From Chrysomallon squamiferum (taxonomy: Eukaryota > Animalia > Mollusca), in NCBI GenBank assembly GCA_012295275.1, contig CM022670.1:8308001-8372000 (forward strand): a stretch of 64,000 nt of DNA, written 5' to 3'. Below are positions 27,218-42,528 of this stretch, piece by piece; within the stretch, counting starts at the first letter, position 1, and each line of letters begins with the position of its first letter. A program made the translations under genes and the position numbers. Below the pieces are notes generated by a model. It made no database searches and had not been told where the DNA came from. It saw only the letters and a program-made list of their open reading frames with translations.

Positions 27218-27568
27218 CCGTATGATTCATAACCATCTGAATGACGTCATATTACTATGGATTAAAAAACCCAAAAAGAACCTAAACCCCCTAAAATCCA
27301 AAAAAAAAAAAAAACCCACAAAAAACCCACATATTTATTCTCGTTCATAGATCATTCGCCTTGTAGTTTGTTAGAACCATTTTTCTTCGGAACGCCGCAT
27401 GATTCGTAACCATGTGAATGACGTCATATTACTGTAGATTAAAATTTATAAAATTATCAAAAAGAAAAACAACAACACAATCCCCACCACCCCAACTTTC
27501 TTCTTTATGTTCTCTTTCGTAAACCATTCACCAGGTAGTTTGTTTGAACTTTGTTACTCGGAACGCCC
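27218..27568. repeat. ~175-bp tandem duplication, each copy with a perfect CRE palindrome
   Basis: ccgYatgattcRtaaccatStgaATGACGTCATattact at ~27218 and ~27396. The second halves (gtagtttgttWgaac...tcggaacgcc) also match. Confidence 0.9.
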
Positions 27569-28738
27569 ATTAAGTTATTCAAGGATTACATCAAAGCTTT
27601 TTCATGTCTATGGTTTAGTGTGTGTGTCAGTAACCTCTTCTCTTAACTTATAAACAGTCCAATGGTCGCTGACTTTATTTTCATTTCTAACATATATCAC
27701 CAATCAAAAACAAAAACAAATAAGCAATGAAAACATAATTTATTTACTATCTGACATCTAATACTCGTTAATAAAAAAAGAGTTGAAAGATATTTAAATA
27801 CATTGTTATTTATTCAGGCCTTTTGTTCGTTCATCGTTCTTTCATTTATTTGTTCATTCATTCGTTCATTTGTTCATTCATTCGTCCATTCATCATACAA
27901 TCATTAGTTAATTTAAGCATTCATCACGAACGCTGTACCAAAAACACAGTAAGCGTTTTTCTGAACACAAAAGGAACATACACACAAAATATCTTTTCTT
28001 ACTTCCTTTCTTTTAAACAAAACAAAGAGAATTACGGTCACATACAACACACACAATATATCACATACTATCAAAGACAATGCAATGTATTTCCTTCCAC
28101 GTCCTGTACAATATCATTTCCTAATACCAGACCGTTATTTCCACTCCAATACTAACACACTACTGCATTTGCAGAATAACTATCTTTTGCAAGACAATAA
28201 ACTATTTAATATTTAACCAAGAGATTGGTCTTGTCTGGTTGCAAGCGTGGGATAAACTGAAAGATTAAACACGGCAATTACACACGCCAGACAGTCAAAT
28301 ATGAAATAGATAAGGTGATAAATATTTTAGAATTATTTAAATAAATATTGAGCGGTCAAACAGGTTATAACGGAAGCATCAGATATTTACTCGCTAATCT
28401 CTCCATGAACCGGTACTTTGTTCTAATTTATTTGAGGAATGAAATAAATATGGTAGACATTTTAGTGAAAATAAATATGCAAATTAGAAAAGAATAACGA
28501 TGTTTGATATTGTCAAAGCTGCTTGCTCGTTGTCTATATTAATCCGTTGGATAGTATATGTAATTATTTATGAGTAATTAAGTTTATTAATATTGATGTG
28601 CAAAGCCACGTGCTATGTCTTTGTTTTATTAACCCTAATTTCATACTGACGTGCTTGTATTTTCCGTTGTATGTATTGTAATGGCCTTATGAGTAAATGA
28701 ATATTTATTTAAGGATACCTCAAAACATTTGTAATGCG

Positions 28739-28804
<66 letters not shown>

Positions 28805-29099
28805 AACAAGCGCGCGCGCGCGTTGGACCATGGATTTAGCTGTTTTGTTAACACTGTAGTACAATTTTATTTATTTTTTTGGACTCGATAATAGAGTCCT
28901 CACTCAAAAATAGATGGGCGGACAGATAAAAAGACAAAGTATATATAGATAATTAGATGGCTAGGCAAATAGAGAAACAGATAAGCGAAGATTTAGATAC
29001 AAATACAAGGAAAAAAAAAAAAAAAAAAAAAATACAACGTTGGAGTAACAAAGCAAACATCTGAAACATTCATTTTAATTCCACAAATTGACTTTTTCC

Positions 29100-29720
29100 T
29101 TTCTTCCGGAGAGAGCACGAAACACGCACAGACCGAAACGAGCACGTGTCAGTGCAAACTCTAATTACCAAATAATTTTACCAACGGAGCAGAACGAGAC
29201 TCGCAGATCACGTGCGCCACGAAACGCGGTTTGCAATCGTAGTCGTGTAAATCTGCCAAGAGCGCTGTCTGGTTACGCAACACAAACAGAACACGATACG
29301 TATGACAAACCTTGCAGATAACGTATTGCACGGGCAACTGTAAAAATCTTACCACAAAACCGTCTAACTGTGGTCATACATCATGTCACAAGTCTCAGAA
29401 GAATTTCGCTTTTATCTACGGTAAAACTCGCGGACCGGCAAAGCACCGTGAAATGCCGACAAAACTGCGACGCGCACAATGCAGACATAGGCTAACTATA
29501 CGCATGCCAGACGAGCTATCGCTTTTGATGAATAGCTCGAACTCGAGAAATAAACCGTTTACGTCTCGAACTGCAAGTCGCACTGCTTTCAAGAAAACCC
29601 ACAAAATAACGATTTATCGCCTGATTTCCATAGCTATGATGGCCCATAAAAAGCGAACAATGCTAATACAAAGAATTATCGCAAAAGCAATCACAATTTC
29701 GGAGTCGAAAACCATCTGCG
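29100..29720. promoter_or_regulatory. CpG-rich island with paired CACGTG E-boxes and a minus-strand donor
   Basis: High CpG density relative to flanks; CACGTG at 29143 and 29209; GTG|GTAAGA donor on the minus strand (exon end 29353). Confidence 0.4.
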
Positions 29721-30045
29721 TGTTATAGTTTCTGGAACTTGTTATTGTTAGATTACTCTCAGTTAAAGGTATTTTCATTTTTACTGTAAATTTTTTTTTT
29801 TTCTTTTCTGTGTTGAATGCTTGAACGTAGATATTAATAATAACAATACGAAACGCATACCTAATTATGGTAATTTAATTTTCGTGTCAGATGATAGTAA
29901 ATAAAACCAGCCGCAGAGTTTAAAAGAAAATTAATACAGAAATACGGTGAATATAGAAATCTTTCTTGTAATAAAAAGGACTTTATTAATAAAATTATGA
30001 GGAAAATAATTATTATAGTAATAAACAAACAAAGAAATAAATATA

Positions 30046-30077
<32 letters not shown>

Positions 30078-30862
30078 GAAAATAATAATAAATAAAATGA
30101 ATTAAATAAGTCAAAGTAAAAAAAAAAAAATAAACAAATAAATAAAAAAAAAAAAAAAAAAAAATAAAAAAAAGAATGAAAGAAACAGAAAAATAAATAA
30201 AGAAATAAATTTAACTAAGTAAATAACTAAATAAAATAAAATAAAATAAAATAAAATAAAATAAAACCAGATCTGTGTCTGAAAAGTAACTGCACAAGTT
30301 GCTAGGTTTACGTCAGTTATTTCAGTGTGTAAGTATCGTGTAACTTGGTCGTTAACACGTTACCCAATGCATCGTGTCCAACTGCTGGCTTCAGAGATTG
30401 CAGTTTTGATAGAGAACGTTTTAAAAATTAACATTCTTTATGGCTGCTATAGAGTCTTATCATTCAGTGACACCAGATACTGCTTGGTTTTGTTTGCTCT
30501 AAAACAGTGACGTGAAGGCATATGTCCCAGAAGGCAAATGATAATAGTTTTGTTAATTCTTTTATCTCCAGTGATGACGACAGCGGTTATGTAATTTCGT
30601 GTCTGTTCAACGCAGTGATATTTCTTTTTTGTCTCCGATTTTCTGTATCTTTGTCTCTCTTTTGTTTTCTTTCTCTCTTTCTCACCGAATATTGATGCAT
30701 GACCATCCATCCGTCCATCGATCCATCCATTCATCAAACAGAGAGACAGAGAAATAGAGACAAAGAGAGTACAGAGTGACAGATAATGACAGAGACAGAG
30801 ACAGAATGAGAGAAAGAATGAGAGGGAGTGAGAGAATGGGAGAGACAGAGAGAGAGACAGAA

Positions 30863-32706
<1,844 letters not shown>

Positions 32707-35244
32707 TAAAGTTACTAAAATAATAAAATAAAAAATTAATTAAACAATACACAAACGTTATCATTCCCTTTCAGAACCGCCCCTGATCTCAGTTCTGAAA
32801 GTTCACATTTGTTGTGTTTGTATTATTTTCAGTTACTTTCCCAATCACAGTGACAGTATTGTAGAACGTCTACGGTTACCTTTCATTTCAAAACAGCAAT
32901 CTTATCTTCCATAGGTATCGAGGATTATATACGCACGACACTCGTCAGAGAAGAGTATACTATCTTGAAACATCATGTTGGATGATGGTGAATGACGTGT
33001 GTGTTGTGATGCAGACTGTGTGTTTAAGTGAGTGTAAAGTGGCTGTTTTGCACGTGACTTGATGAAAACGAACACACACACGTACAATCGGTGTGTGTGT
33101 GTGTGTATGATTTGATGTATGTATATACCTTTTTCTATACACATTCACATCTTTCTCTGTCTCTGTCTCTGTCTCTCTCTCTGTCTCTCCCTCTCTTTAC
33201 CTCTACATAGATATAGATAGATAGATAGAGAGAGAGAAAGAAAGAGAGGGAAAGAAAGAGAGAGAAAGTACCAGAGATGCATGTGTGTCCATATATATAA
33301 AAAAAAATCAATGTAGTTTGATGATTAAGAAATTAAATGAAAAGATTTAACATTATTTTAATCGTCTGGCAAGGCTATGAAAGACAGTACGACTATGGCA
33401 CTGTTCAGAATTGATCCTGCAACTAACAGCTCCTCTTAACTAAACTTTGGCAATGAACTGAAGCCCGCTGTCATGTTTTAACCAGATGTCATCTGCAATT
33501 TTTCTCACACATCATCTCTCATCTCAATATTCCATATCAGAATCTCCAGCACTCGAACCTCTGTCCCTGGTGACGCTACCCAGGAAGTCCTTGTTTTCGC
33601 AGGTGCATCCTGGGATCGTGGTCTCTGCCCATGGTATGCGAGATTCAGCCCGACCCGTGGGCAGTGATATTTGTAAATGTTATCCACACTGACCAGTGTC
33701 CATTTCCTGGCCTTTGAACATTTTATAAACGTATAAACCGATGTATGTTAGGTGTTTTTGTTGTAGATGAGGTAAAAGAAGAAATGCTTTGATTTTTAAA
33801 CTGTGAAATTAATATATTTTTAAAAATAATAGTCTATGTCATGTGGAAAATATTTGGCAAAATTTTCTTCCTGTCTTCTAGAAAAGCTGAAAAAGACGAC
33901 TTCGTCGATAACGACAAAGATAGAGAACAAAAAAGAAGAAGAAGTAATCAATGTTTGAAATAATAAATAAATAAATAAATAAAGACTGATATTTTGAGGT
34001 AGAATGACTGATGAAAACGAGAAGCAAAAAGATAATTTAAGCTAACAACTGTTCAGAATATTAATGCATTTTGAAACAAAAATAGGAATAGTAACTTCAT
34101 TTACTATTTGCAATAAAATATATTTTAAGTGAATCTTTTTTATATAAAAAGCTAACATATAACTAAGTAAATAAATAAATAAATTATAAATAAATAAATA
34201 AATAAATAAATAAAAGTAATAATAATAACAACAACAAAACAACAAAAAACAACTACTACACCAAGAAAAACAAAATGTTAACGAACATAATGTGAACCTA
34301 AATACAACTAAGCAGTTTGTTATCAGATTTCTGTTACAAACAAACTCTTGTTCTGTCTACATGTGTGAGTATTAAAATTCAAAAAAGCAAACTATTACAT
34401 TCCACATCGTGATTTCAGTTACAAAGTTCCATCTGTTACGTCCATCTTCAGTTTCCAGGTCAGTGGTGTATATTTGCATTTAACTTTATATTCACTGCAC
34501 TAAAACTATTTTTAAAAAGTTAAAAATAAAAAAAAAAAATAAAAATACCTGCATTCAGAGATTCACTCTACAAATAACCGAGTATAATGTTTTATTGCCA
34601 AGTCACTTTGGTCATTTTACACTGAGCATATTGTCCGCAATCTGAAACTACAGCAACGAGAAACATTAATCTTGTCTTTTTTTTGTCTTCCGAAAGAAGA
34701 GTCGTAACTTAACGCGCTGTTGTTATCTCCCCTGATACCTAAAACCTTGAAGATAATGACGGTACAAACAATGAGAGGAAACAATAGGACATAAATTTAT
34801 TCTCGTCCGCGTGGTTTATGGTTCTGTCAACAACCGGTGAAAAATTCCTGGATGCAGTTAAAGATCACACAAAAGAAAAGGAAAAGACAGTTTCTGTAAA
34901 AAGACTATTACTATTAATTAATTTTAGCTTTTGTTATGAATATTATAGTGTTATAAAATGAACATAATGGTAGTACTAGTAAAATAATAACAATAACATC
35001 AATAATAATAATGATGATGATAATGATGATGACGATGATGATGATGATGATCATAATAATAATAAATAAATAAATAAATAAATAATAAAAATTCTCCGGT
35101 ATATGTTACATGTACAATCAACAAATACATGTAATGAGCCTCAGATTAAAATTACAGAAGTTATTTTGTCAAAGTATACAATAGTCAGTTTATAAGTACA
35201 TGCTAACTCATACACAAGCAAACACACATGCAGACAAAACAATG

Positions 35245-35280
<36 letters not shown>

Positions 35281-35344
35281 TATATTTTGTACAAGGGTTG
35301 TCTGGTGAAATAGGAACACATACATACATACATACATACAAACA

Positions 35345-35389
<45 letters not shown>

Positions 35390-37094
35390 TCTACACAAGT
35401 TGTGACTAAATAAATTAAGATGGAAAGAAAACATCACGTGGTTACTGCAATGGACACAAGAAAACAAATATCTGAGATAAACTTCAAAGAAAGCTTCTCA
35501 CGTGAATTAGGTAACTGAGAAATATAAAAAAAAAACGAGTGAAATAGCGAGTTTTATTTTTTAATTTTTTTTAGACATTTCGTACCAAAGTGAATAATAT
35601 AAGGTCACAGCCATGATATTAGATATCGGAACTTTCTTTTATTTAAATAGTTAAATATATTTTGTATTCAGCATATTACGTGAACGAGAGACCGAGAACA
35701 CACACATTCGTACAAACTGACAGATAAAGAAATACATATATAGTTGCACAAAGATACAGATTAAAAACACAGATTAGGAACATAGAAAAAGTAACAGAAA
35801 GGCAGTGAAACTGAAACACCGAGACAACTTTCAAACAGATAAATTCTAAGGCTCACTGATTGCCAGATAGTAACAGACGACAGTAACAGAAAAACAGAAA
35901 GAGATCAGGGCAGATAGGTGTAGCCTACACACAAACAAATAGGTAGACTACAGACATCATATATGAGTGTGTATCTGTGTCTTTATATGTATGTTATTTT
36001 CTTTGTGTGTCTGCGTGTTTGTGTGTTTGTTTGTGTGTGTGTGTCTGTGTGTGTGTTGGTGTGTGTGAGTGTGTGTGTGTGTGTAGATATGTCGATGGAC
36101 AGAAAGGTAGAAAGACAGACAGATACACAGACTGATAAATAAACAGAGAGAAAGAAGATCGATAGATAGCGAGAGAGTTAAATAAATAAATTAGTAGACA
36201 GATAGCCAGACAGACAGCGCGGCATTGAATCAATGAAACGACAGATACATTATTTCATACATAACAAAGATCTATAAACAATGAACATTTAACAAACAGC
36301 TTAAAATGATTTATTTTTAACGTATAACGTATATACTTCACAAACAGGACGCGGGCAAAGGAATACCTATAAATCAGTAAGCAAAGTGACGTCCACAGTA
36401 CAATGTATGTCAGAAACACTATCAGTTTACACACTTAAACCGCTCTAATTGGCATTGTGTATTGTTATCCACGTTTATAAAACGAAACAAAAACTGAACG
36501 TCTCTGACAGAATCCAGCAAGTAAGGTCGTTTTGGGTAATCCTTGCAAAACAGACAGATACATCTAGGTCATGCAGTTTGATAAAAACCGCGTTACAAAT
36601 TTACTGTTGTGTTTTTCTTACCGTCTGTTTTCATCTGAAGTTAAGTGGGACATAAATAAAACGACAATAGAGGGTTGCCTTTAAAAAAAACAAAAAACAA
36701 AAAAAAAAACCAGTCGACGGCTGGTTAATGCTGTTTATTGCATAGACTACCTGACAAGAATGCAGGTGAAAAATATATATCTATTTACCTGGGAAATGGC
36801 TGAATAATTCATGTAGTAAAAAATATACTGTTACTTATTCAGATAATGGTGTATAGTTTTAGTTTGGCTGAATGCAGGAAAATAAATGATGATGATGATG
36901 ATGATAATGATAATGATGATGATGATGATGATAATGATAATGATGATGATGATGAAGAAATAACAAAAACAACAACATTAATAATAATAATATGTATGTG
37001 TTTATATATGTATATATTTATGTGTGTGTGTTATTATTTTTTCTTTCACAGTTTTAATATAAAATATTTACTGCAAAAAGTTACACTCACTCCA

Positions 37095-38135
37095 GTCAGT
37101 TATAAGAATCACAAACAATTTTAAAATGATAAATTATTGCTAATACTAATATAACAACTGCTTTTTGCTGATGCTCCTACTACTTCTAGTGTGCCTACCA
37201 TTACTATTACTATATAAGCATTATATTAATATAATAAAACAAACACACAAACAAACAAACAAACAAACAAACAAACAAACAAACAAATAAATAAATAATG
37301 ATTTCAGGAAACGTTTAATTTATTATATGCTTATCAGTCCAAATATGTACCTTCGTGAAAATGCTATCTTAATTAATCAGACTAATAATTGTTAAATATT
37401 AATAAATATTTACGATCGCTTAGAATAATTTATGTCTGTGCGTCCGCAATATATATAAATAATCACTAAAATACATTTTTTTTTTTTTTTTTTTTTGAAA
37501 TTGTTCAGGATAATCGTTTCTTTATTACAGACCAGATAACTCCGTTACTCTCAAGTCACAAGCTCTGCAGAGTTGCCGCCCTTCAACCATAAGAAATCTT
37601 TTCCAATATGAAACAAGATAATATACAATATGATCTTTTTTAAACATCTGGTTTCAAATGGAAAATAAACGAATAAGATGATGATGATAAAAAATATATA
37701 TATATGCGTATACATACATACAAGCATACAAACATATGTATATATTTAAACAAAATTATAGATTTGAATTTGATCCTTATTATTATTTGTTGTGTTTCTA
37801 TGTGTTTGCATATGTATATGTGTGAGTGTGTTTATATGTATCTGTATGTGTGTATGTATATATATGTGAATGTGTATATGTGTGTGTGTGTGCGTGTGTG
37901 TGTGTGTGGTTATGGTTTAATTGCTGTCAGTTATAAGAAACAGAAACAGTTTTAAAATGATAAATTACTGTTAATACTAATATAACAACTGCTTTTTGCT
38001 GGTGCTCCTAACACCTCTAGTGTCAGTACCATTATTATTACTATATAAGCATTATCTGAAATTATTTATCTTTTTTTACTGTCTTATTTCTATTTATATT
38101 AATTTAGTTACAAACAAACAAATAAACAGACAAAC

Positions 38136-38166
<31 letters not shown>

Positions 38167-38700
38167 GAATTCAGGAAACGTTTAATTTATTATATGCTTA
38201 TAAGTCCAAATATGTACCTTCGTGAAAATGCTATGTTAATTAATCAGACTAATAATTGTTAAATATTAATAAATATTTACGATCGCTTAGAATAATTTAT
38301 GTCTGTGCGTCCGTAATATATATAAATATGCACTTAAATAATTTTTTTTTTTTTTTTTTTTTTTTTAACTGTTCAGGATAAACGTTTCTTTATTACAGAC
38401 CAGCCAGATAACTCCGTTACTCTCAAGTCACAAGTTCTGCAGAGTTACCGCCCTTCAACCATAAGAAATCTTTTCTAATATGAAACAAGATAATATACAA
38501 TCTTTTTTAAAAATCTGGTTTCAAATGGAAAATAAACGAATAAGATGATGATGATAAAATATATATATATATGCGTGTATATACATACAAGCATACAAAC
38601 ATATGTATATATTTAAAAAAAATTACAGATTTAAATTTGATCCTTATTATTATGTGTTTGCATATGTATGTGTGTGTGTATGTTAATGTGTTTATATGTA
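37095..38700. repeat. ~830-bp tandem duplication
   Basis: Copy A 37095-37925 and copy B 37926-38700 are collinear and highly similar (e.g. ttcaggaaacgtttaatttattatatgctta; cagataactccgttactctcaagtcacaag). Confidence 0.95.
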
Positions 38701-39298
38701 AACCTAGACTTTTTCCAGTATTTTTCCAGGCGTTTTCTTTTCTGTTGTTATCTTTGTACGTTGACTAAGAACAATCATAAAATATTGGAAACATCTGAAC
38801 GAAATCGATGAGTTGTTAATTTTTCATTTTCATGTACTGGGGGGGGGCACCTCAGAAATATTTCATTGCGGATTTTAGCATTTAAATTATTAAATGAACT
38901 AAATTTATAGCCATTTTCAAAATTTAATGAAAAAAAAATAAGTTCTGTTATAAAGCGTTCTCTCCTGTGTTATCATGTTTATCCTGCAAAATAAAGTACA
39001 CTGTGCTCGCAGATTAGAAGTTATACAAGTTTTCAACAAGTCTCGCTTGAAACAAGGATATGATCAAAGACTTTGTAAAGAAAAAAAAAAAAAAACTGAG
39101 AAAACTATCCAACTATAAATAAAATGGAAGAATACAAAAATAAATATTATTTTCTTTCTAATTGTAAGTTTTGTTTAATTTCGAATTTTCGATAAATAAA
39201 ATTTTGTTTTATGGTTTATTATTGTTTATATTTTGAATTACAAATGTATGGATGGGGACCAAAATTTTTAGTGCTTAAGGCCTCTTATTCCAGTCCTG
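38701..39298. mobile_element. Probable truncated non-autonomous DNA transposon abutting the end of copy B
   Basis: Right end ggggaccaaaatttttagtgcttaaggcctcttattccagtcctg resembles CAGGRCYGG-type termini common in invertebrate MITEs (recalled pattern). No left TIR or TSD seen. Confidence 0.35.
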
Positions 39299-39585
39299 AA
39301 TGCATGCTATTAATAAACCACACACATTACTTACTATTTTCGTGTAATGGGGAAATAATCTTGTTTGTGATTGGTTAATATATTTTAGACGCTCATGACG
39401 CGTAAAAAAAAAAAAAAAAAAAAAACCCAGTAACAATTTCTATCGGTATTTTGTCGCGCGATCGGCTAGTTAAAACTGACCGCCGGACGCATGTGGTTAG
39501 AATGCACCATTATTAAAACGAACACAACAGAAACTAAAACTAATTATATGCTGCAGCGTACATATCCTCATAAACACATGCTCTG

Positions 39586-39627
<42 letters not shown>

Positions 39628-40179
39628 CACACACAAACATAAACATACATTCGCTCTGATATACACTAAAAAAAAAATAAAAATACATATTCATTATTCA
39701 AATTAAATATATACAAACAAACCTCCATCAAAGACATTGTTAAAATTAACAACTAATCTGTTACGTGACCTAGAGCACAATCCTAATCAGACTGAGTCTT
39801 CGTACATCACCCAGAACGTGTTTTACAATGGTTTCGCGTACAGCTGACAAGCCAGTTACCTAGAGATGTCAAAGATCACTTCTTTGTTGTAATCTTTTTG
39901 CGTCAATATGCAGATATTTAACAAAAGATCAGTCGTTCATTTCACCTTCTCTTAAATACCCAAGACCCAAATTTCAAAGGTTAAATTAAAGAGAAAAGAA
40001 ACTGTATATTAATGTTCCTACTTTGCATTCGAAGGACGGAATGCTATATTTTTGCTATGTACATTTTAACGTGCTGTCATTTGTAGTAATACAAATGCTA
40101 AGTAGAAAGGAAGGTTGTCCCTGTTATTCAAGGGTTTTTATTTTGACTGAAAGCAAAAATTCATAGAGCAGACTGTTGA

Positions 40180-40232
40180 AAAATCACAACTGTATTAGTC
40201 CAGTTCTCTAGCCACTGAGCTATAATCCGCCC
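40180..40232 (-). mobile_element. tRNA-derived SINE head remnant
   Basis: Minus strand begins GGGCGGATTATAGCTCAGTGGCTAGAG, with Pol III A-box TAGCTCAGTGG. No intact B-box or cloverleaf. Confidence 0.5.
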
Positions 40233-42461
40233 TAATTTACTTTACATAAATGTTTAGCGGACAGATTCAGTCCTTCCCTAACACTGAAAGCTAATGAGTT
40301 CTTAGAGAGAAACCAAAAAACACGTTATGAATATTTTTAGAAAATTATTATTATTATTTTTTTTTTTTTTTTTTTTATTTGCTATGTTTTTATCTTACAG
40401 AAAACCTGATTCTTTTGGAAGGACAGATAAATATATTACTGAAGAACGATGAACGGAACTAAAGTTTACTGTATTTTAAAACAGACACATAGAAGGAAGT
40501 ACAAACTGACTATTTGCGCACGTATTTCCACTGCTCTTTTCGCATATTTAGTGCATTCACTGTTTTATTTGTTGACTGTGTATATACAGTGAATTAGTTT
40601 ATAAAGTTCAAGAAAACAGAATAAACAACCCCTTAGTAAGAGTTCTTAAAGCACCGAGTTAACGTTCACACTCAAGTAACAAAACATTTCCAGAAATGGC
40701 TTTTAGCTAAGTCCCGCTTATGAAAAATCGCTCTGTTTAATAACACCATGGGAACATCTTTCTAAATAGCAGCACTACGTGACATCAGACTTCGGACAGT
40801 GGACAGCGCGACTTAACGATCTAAATGTGTGTTGACCAACATCATTATCACTTGCCGGACAATACTGATGACCAACTGATGGCCGCTAGGATCTGAACGA
40901 CAAAGAATGCACGCAATGCTTTTTAAGAAGTTACTGAGTCAAATTTACAGTTGGAGACCCGGAAACCGCCGACTGTTGAACAAGATTTGGCTGAAAAAAA
41001 GTAAACAGTACAACATAAGCAATAGTCACAAACACCAAACTTTCCAGACGTCCAACAAACAGACTGTGTACACGTTTCAAACGAAAACTTTATTAGTGAG
41101 GAATGCGGAGGAAACCAGAGAGGCCAGCCTGTCCATGAACACCCCTCCTTTCATTGCAGTTCAGATTCAGAAACTTTAAACTCATGTTTCGGATTATTCT
41201 TTTATTCTTATTAAATTATTTTTATTTCATATTATTCTACAATCTTCACTTCTGAATCTCTGTTTTAGGTTTGTTGTTTTGTTTTGTTTCTTATTTTTAT
41301 TTTTATATTTATATTTTATTTTATTTTATTTTTTTAAATTTACCACAGTCTTGACATCTGAATTTGTTTTTGTTTTATTTTTCTTATTTTTTTAATTCCC
41401 CCCCCCACGCACATATTTCACTTCTCAGTTTTTCCTCAGCAATTTTCCTGACGTCTGATTTTTTTTTTTTTTAAAAGTCTCTTTCTTGACGTCCTGATCT
41501 TGCCGTCTGCTGTACGTGATTAGCGCGGTAAAATGTTGTCGATTGTCTTAGGGCAGAAGTCGCTGCTGTGGATTTAGACGCGCGGCCGACAGATAGCGTT
41601 TGTTTGTAAATTTGAACAGAACTTCTTGAGATTGAGGCAGTCACACCTCTCGTGCCGTTCAGATGTTGACTCCCGGATTCACTGATTTTGGGCATCATTC
41701 TGCCTGAGTACAGGTGACAGCCTCTCTCCGACGTCACTGCAAGGCAGAACTGTACACCGCCGGTCGCAGCAAGATACGAGAAAAAAAAAAAAAAGAGAAG
41801 GAGAAAACAAAAGAAGGTGGGAAAAACGACAAAGAAGATATGATAATGATGTTACTAATGAAAACTGAAGATACGCTATCAGTAAGTACAAGATGTTGCG
41901 TTAATGCATCTATTTTTCTTTATCACTTTTTTTTTTTTTTCTTATTTAATTTTTATGAAAACCTTTTATATCTTTTTCAGAATAATTTAAAACTGAGCTG
42001 AAAATATAATGGTAATGTTTTTCTCTGTGCTTTATTCTGTTTAGTATTTTTTGCTCGCATTTGTAAATTTTTATTTGTCAAAGCATATGTGAATGTATAA
42101 ATTATGTATTGTGTTTATATATTTTTTATAATAGATGAGTGTTTTTCAGTTAACACACCAAAAATATTCTCTTTGTTTCTGCCCAGTCATTATACATATT
42201 TTATGTCTAGTATCATTGTTAAAATAATTTTATTACATAAGTAAAATAATCAAATTACTATCAGCTATATTACGTAAACCATGTTGGTATATAACGTTAT
42301 TTTTGAAGTATTGATGTTTATATATAATTATTATGCAATACTATAAATTATTAAAAGGTTCCTTAAAGTGGCATAACTAAAATTAAACAGACTTTATGTA
42401 CAAATAAATAAATAAATAATGAAGGAAAAAAAAGATATAAATAAAAAACTAAAAAAAACTA

Positions 42462-42528
<67 letters not shown>

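Noticed and set aside
29338-29350. 13-mer ctgtaaaaatctt shared with the Pcdh acceptor (1423-1435)
   Set aside because: Short AT-rich match with no flanking homology; expected by chance.
29312-29728. 138-aa plus ORF
   Set aside because: Non-ATG start, no recognisable domain; explained by higher GC of the island.
33394-33416. tatggcactgttcagaatt resembling miR-183
   Set aside because: 3' half diverges and no complementary arm is present.
40180-40232. Possible tRNA gene
   Set aside because: Only an A-box-like 5' part; no B-box, T-arm or acceptor stem.
40785-40810. RE1/NRSE-like tcagacttcggacag...ggacagcgc
   Set aside because: Left half mismatched, and REST is not expected in molluscs.
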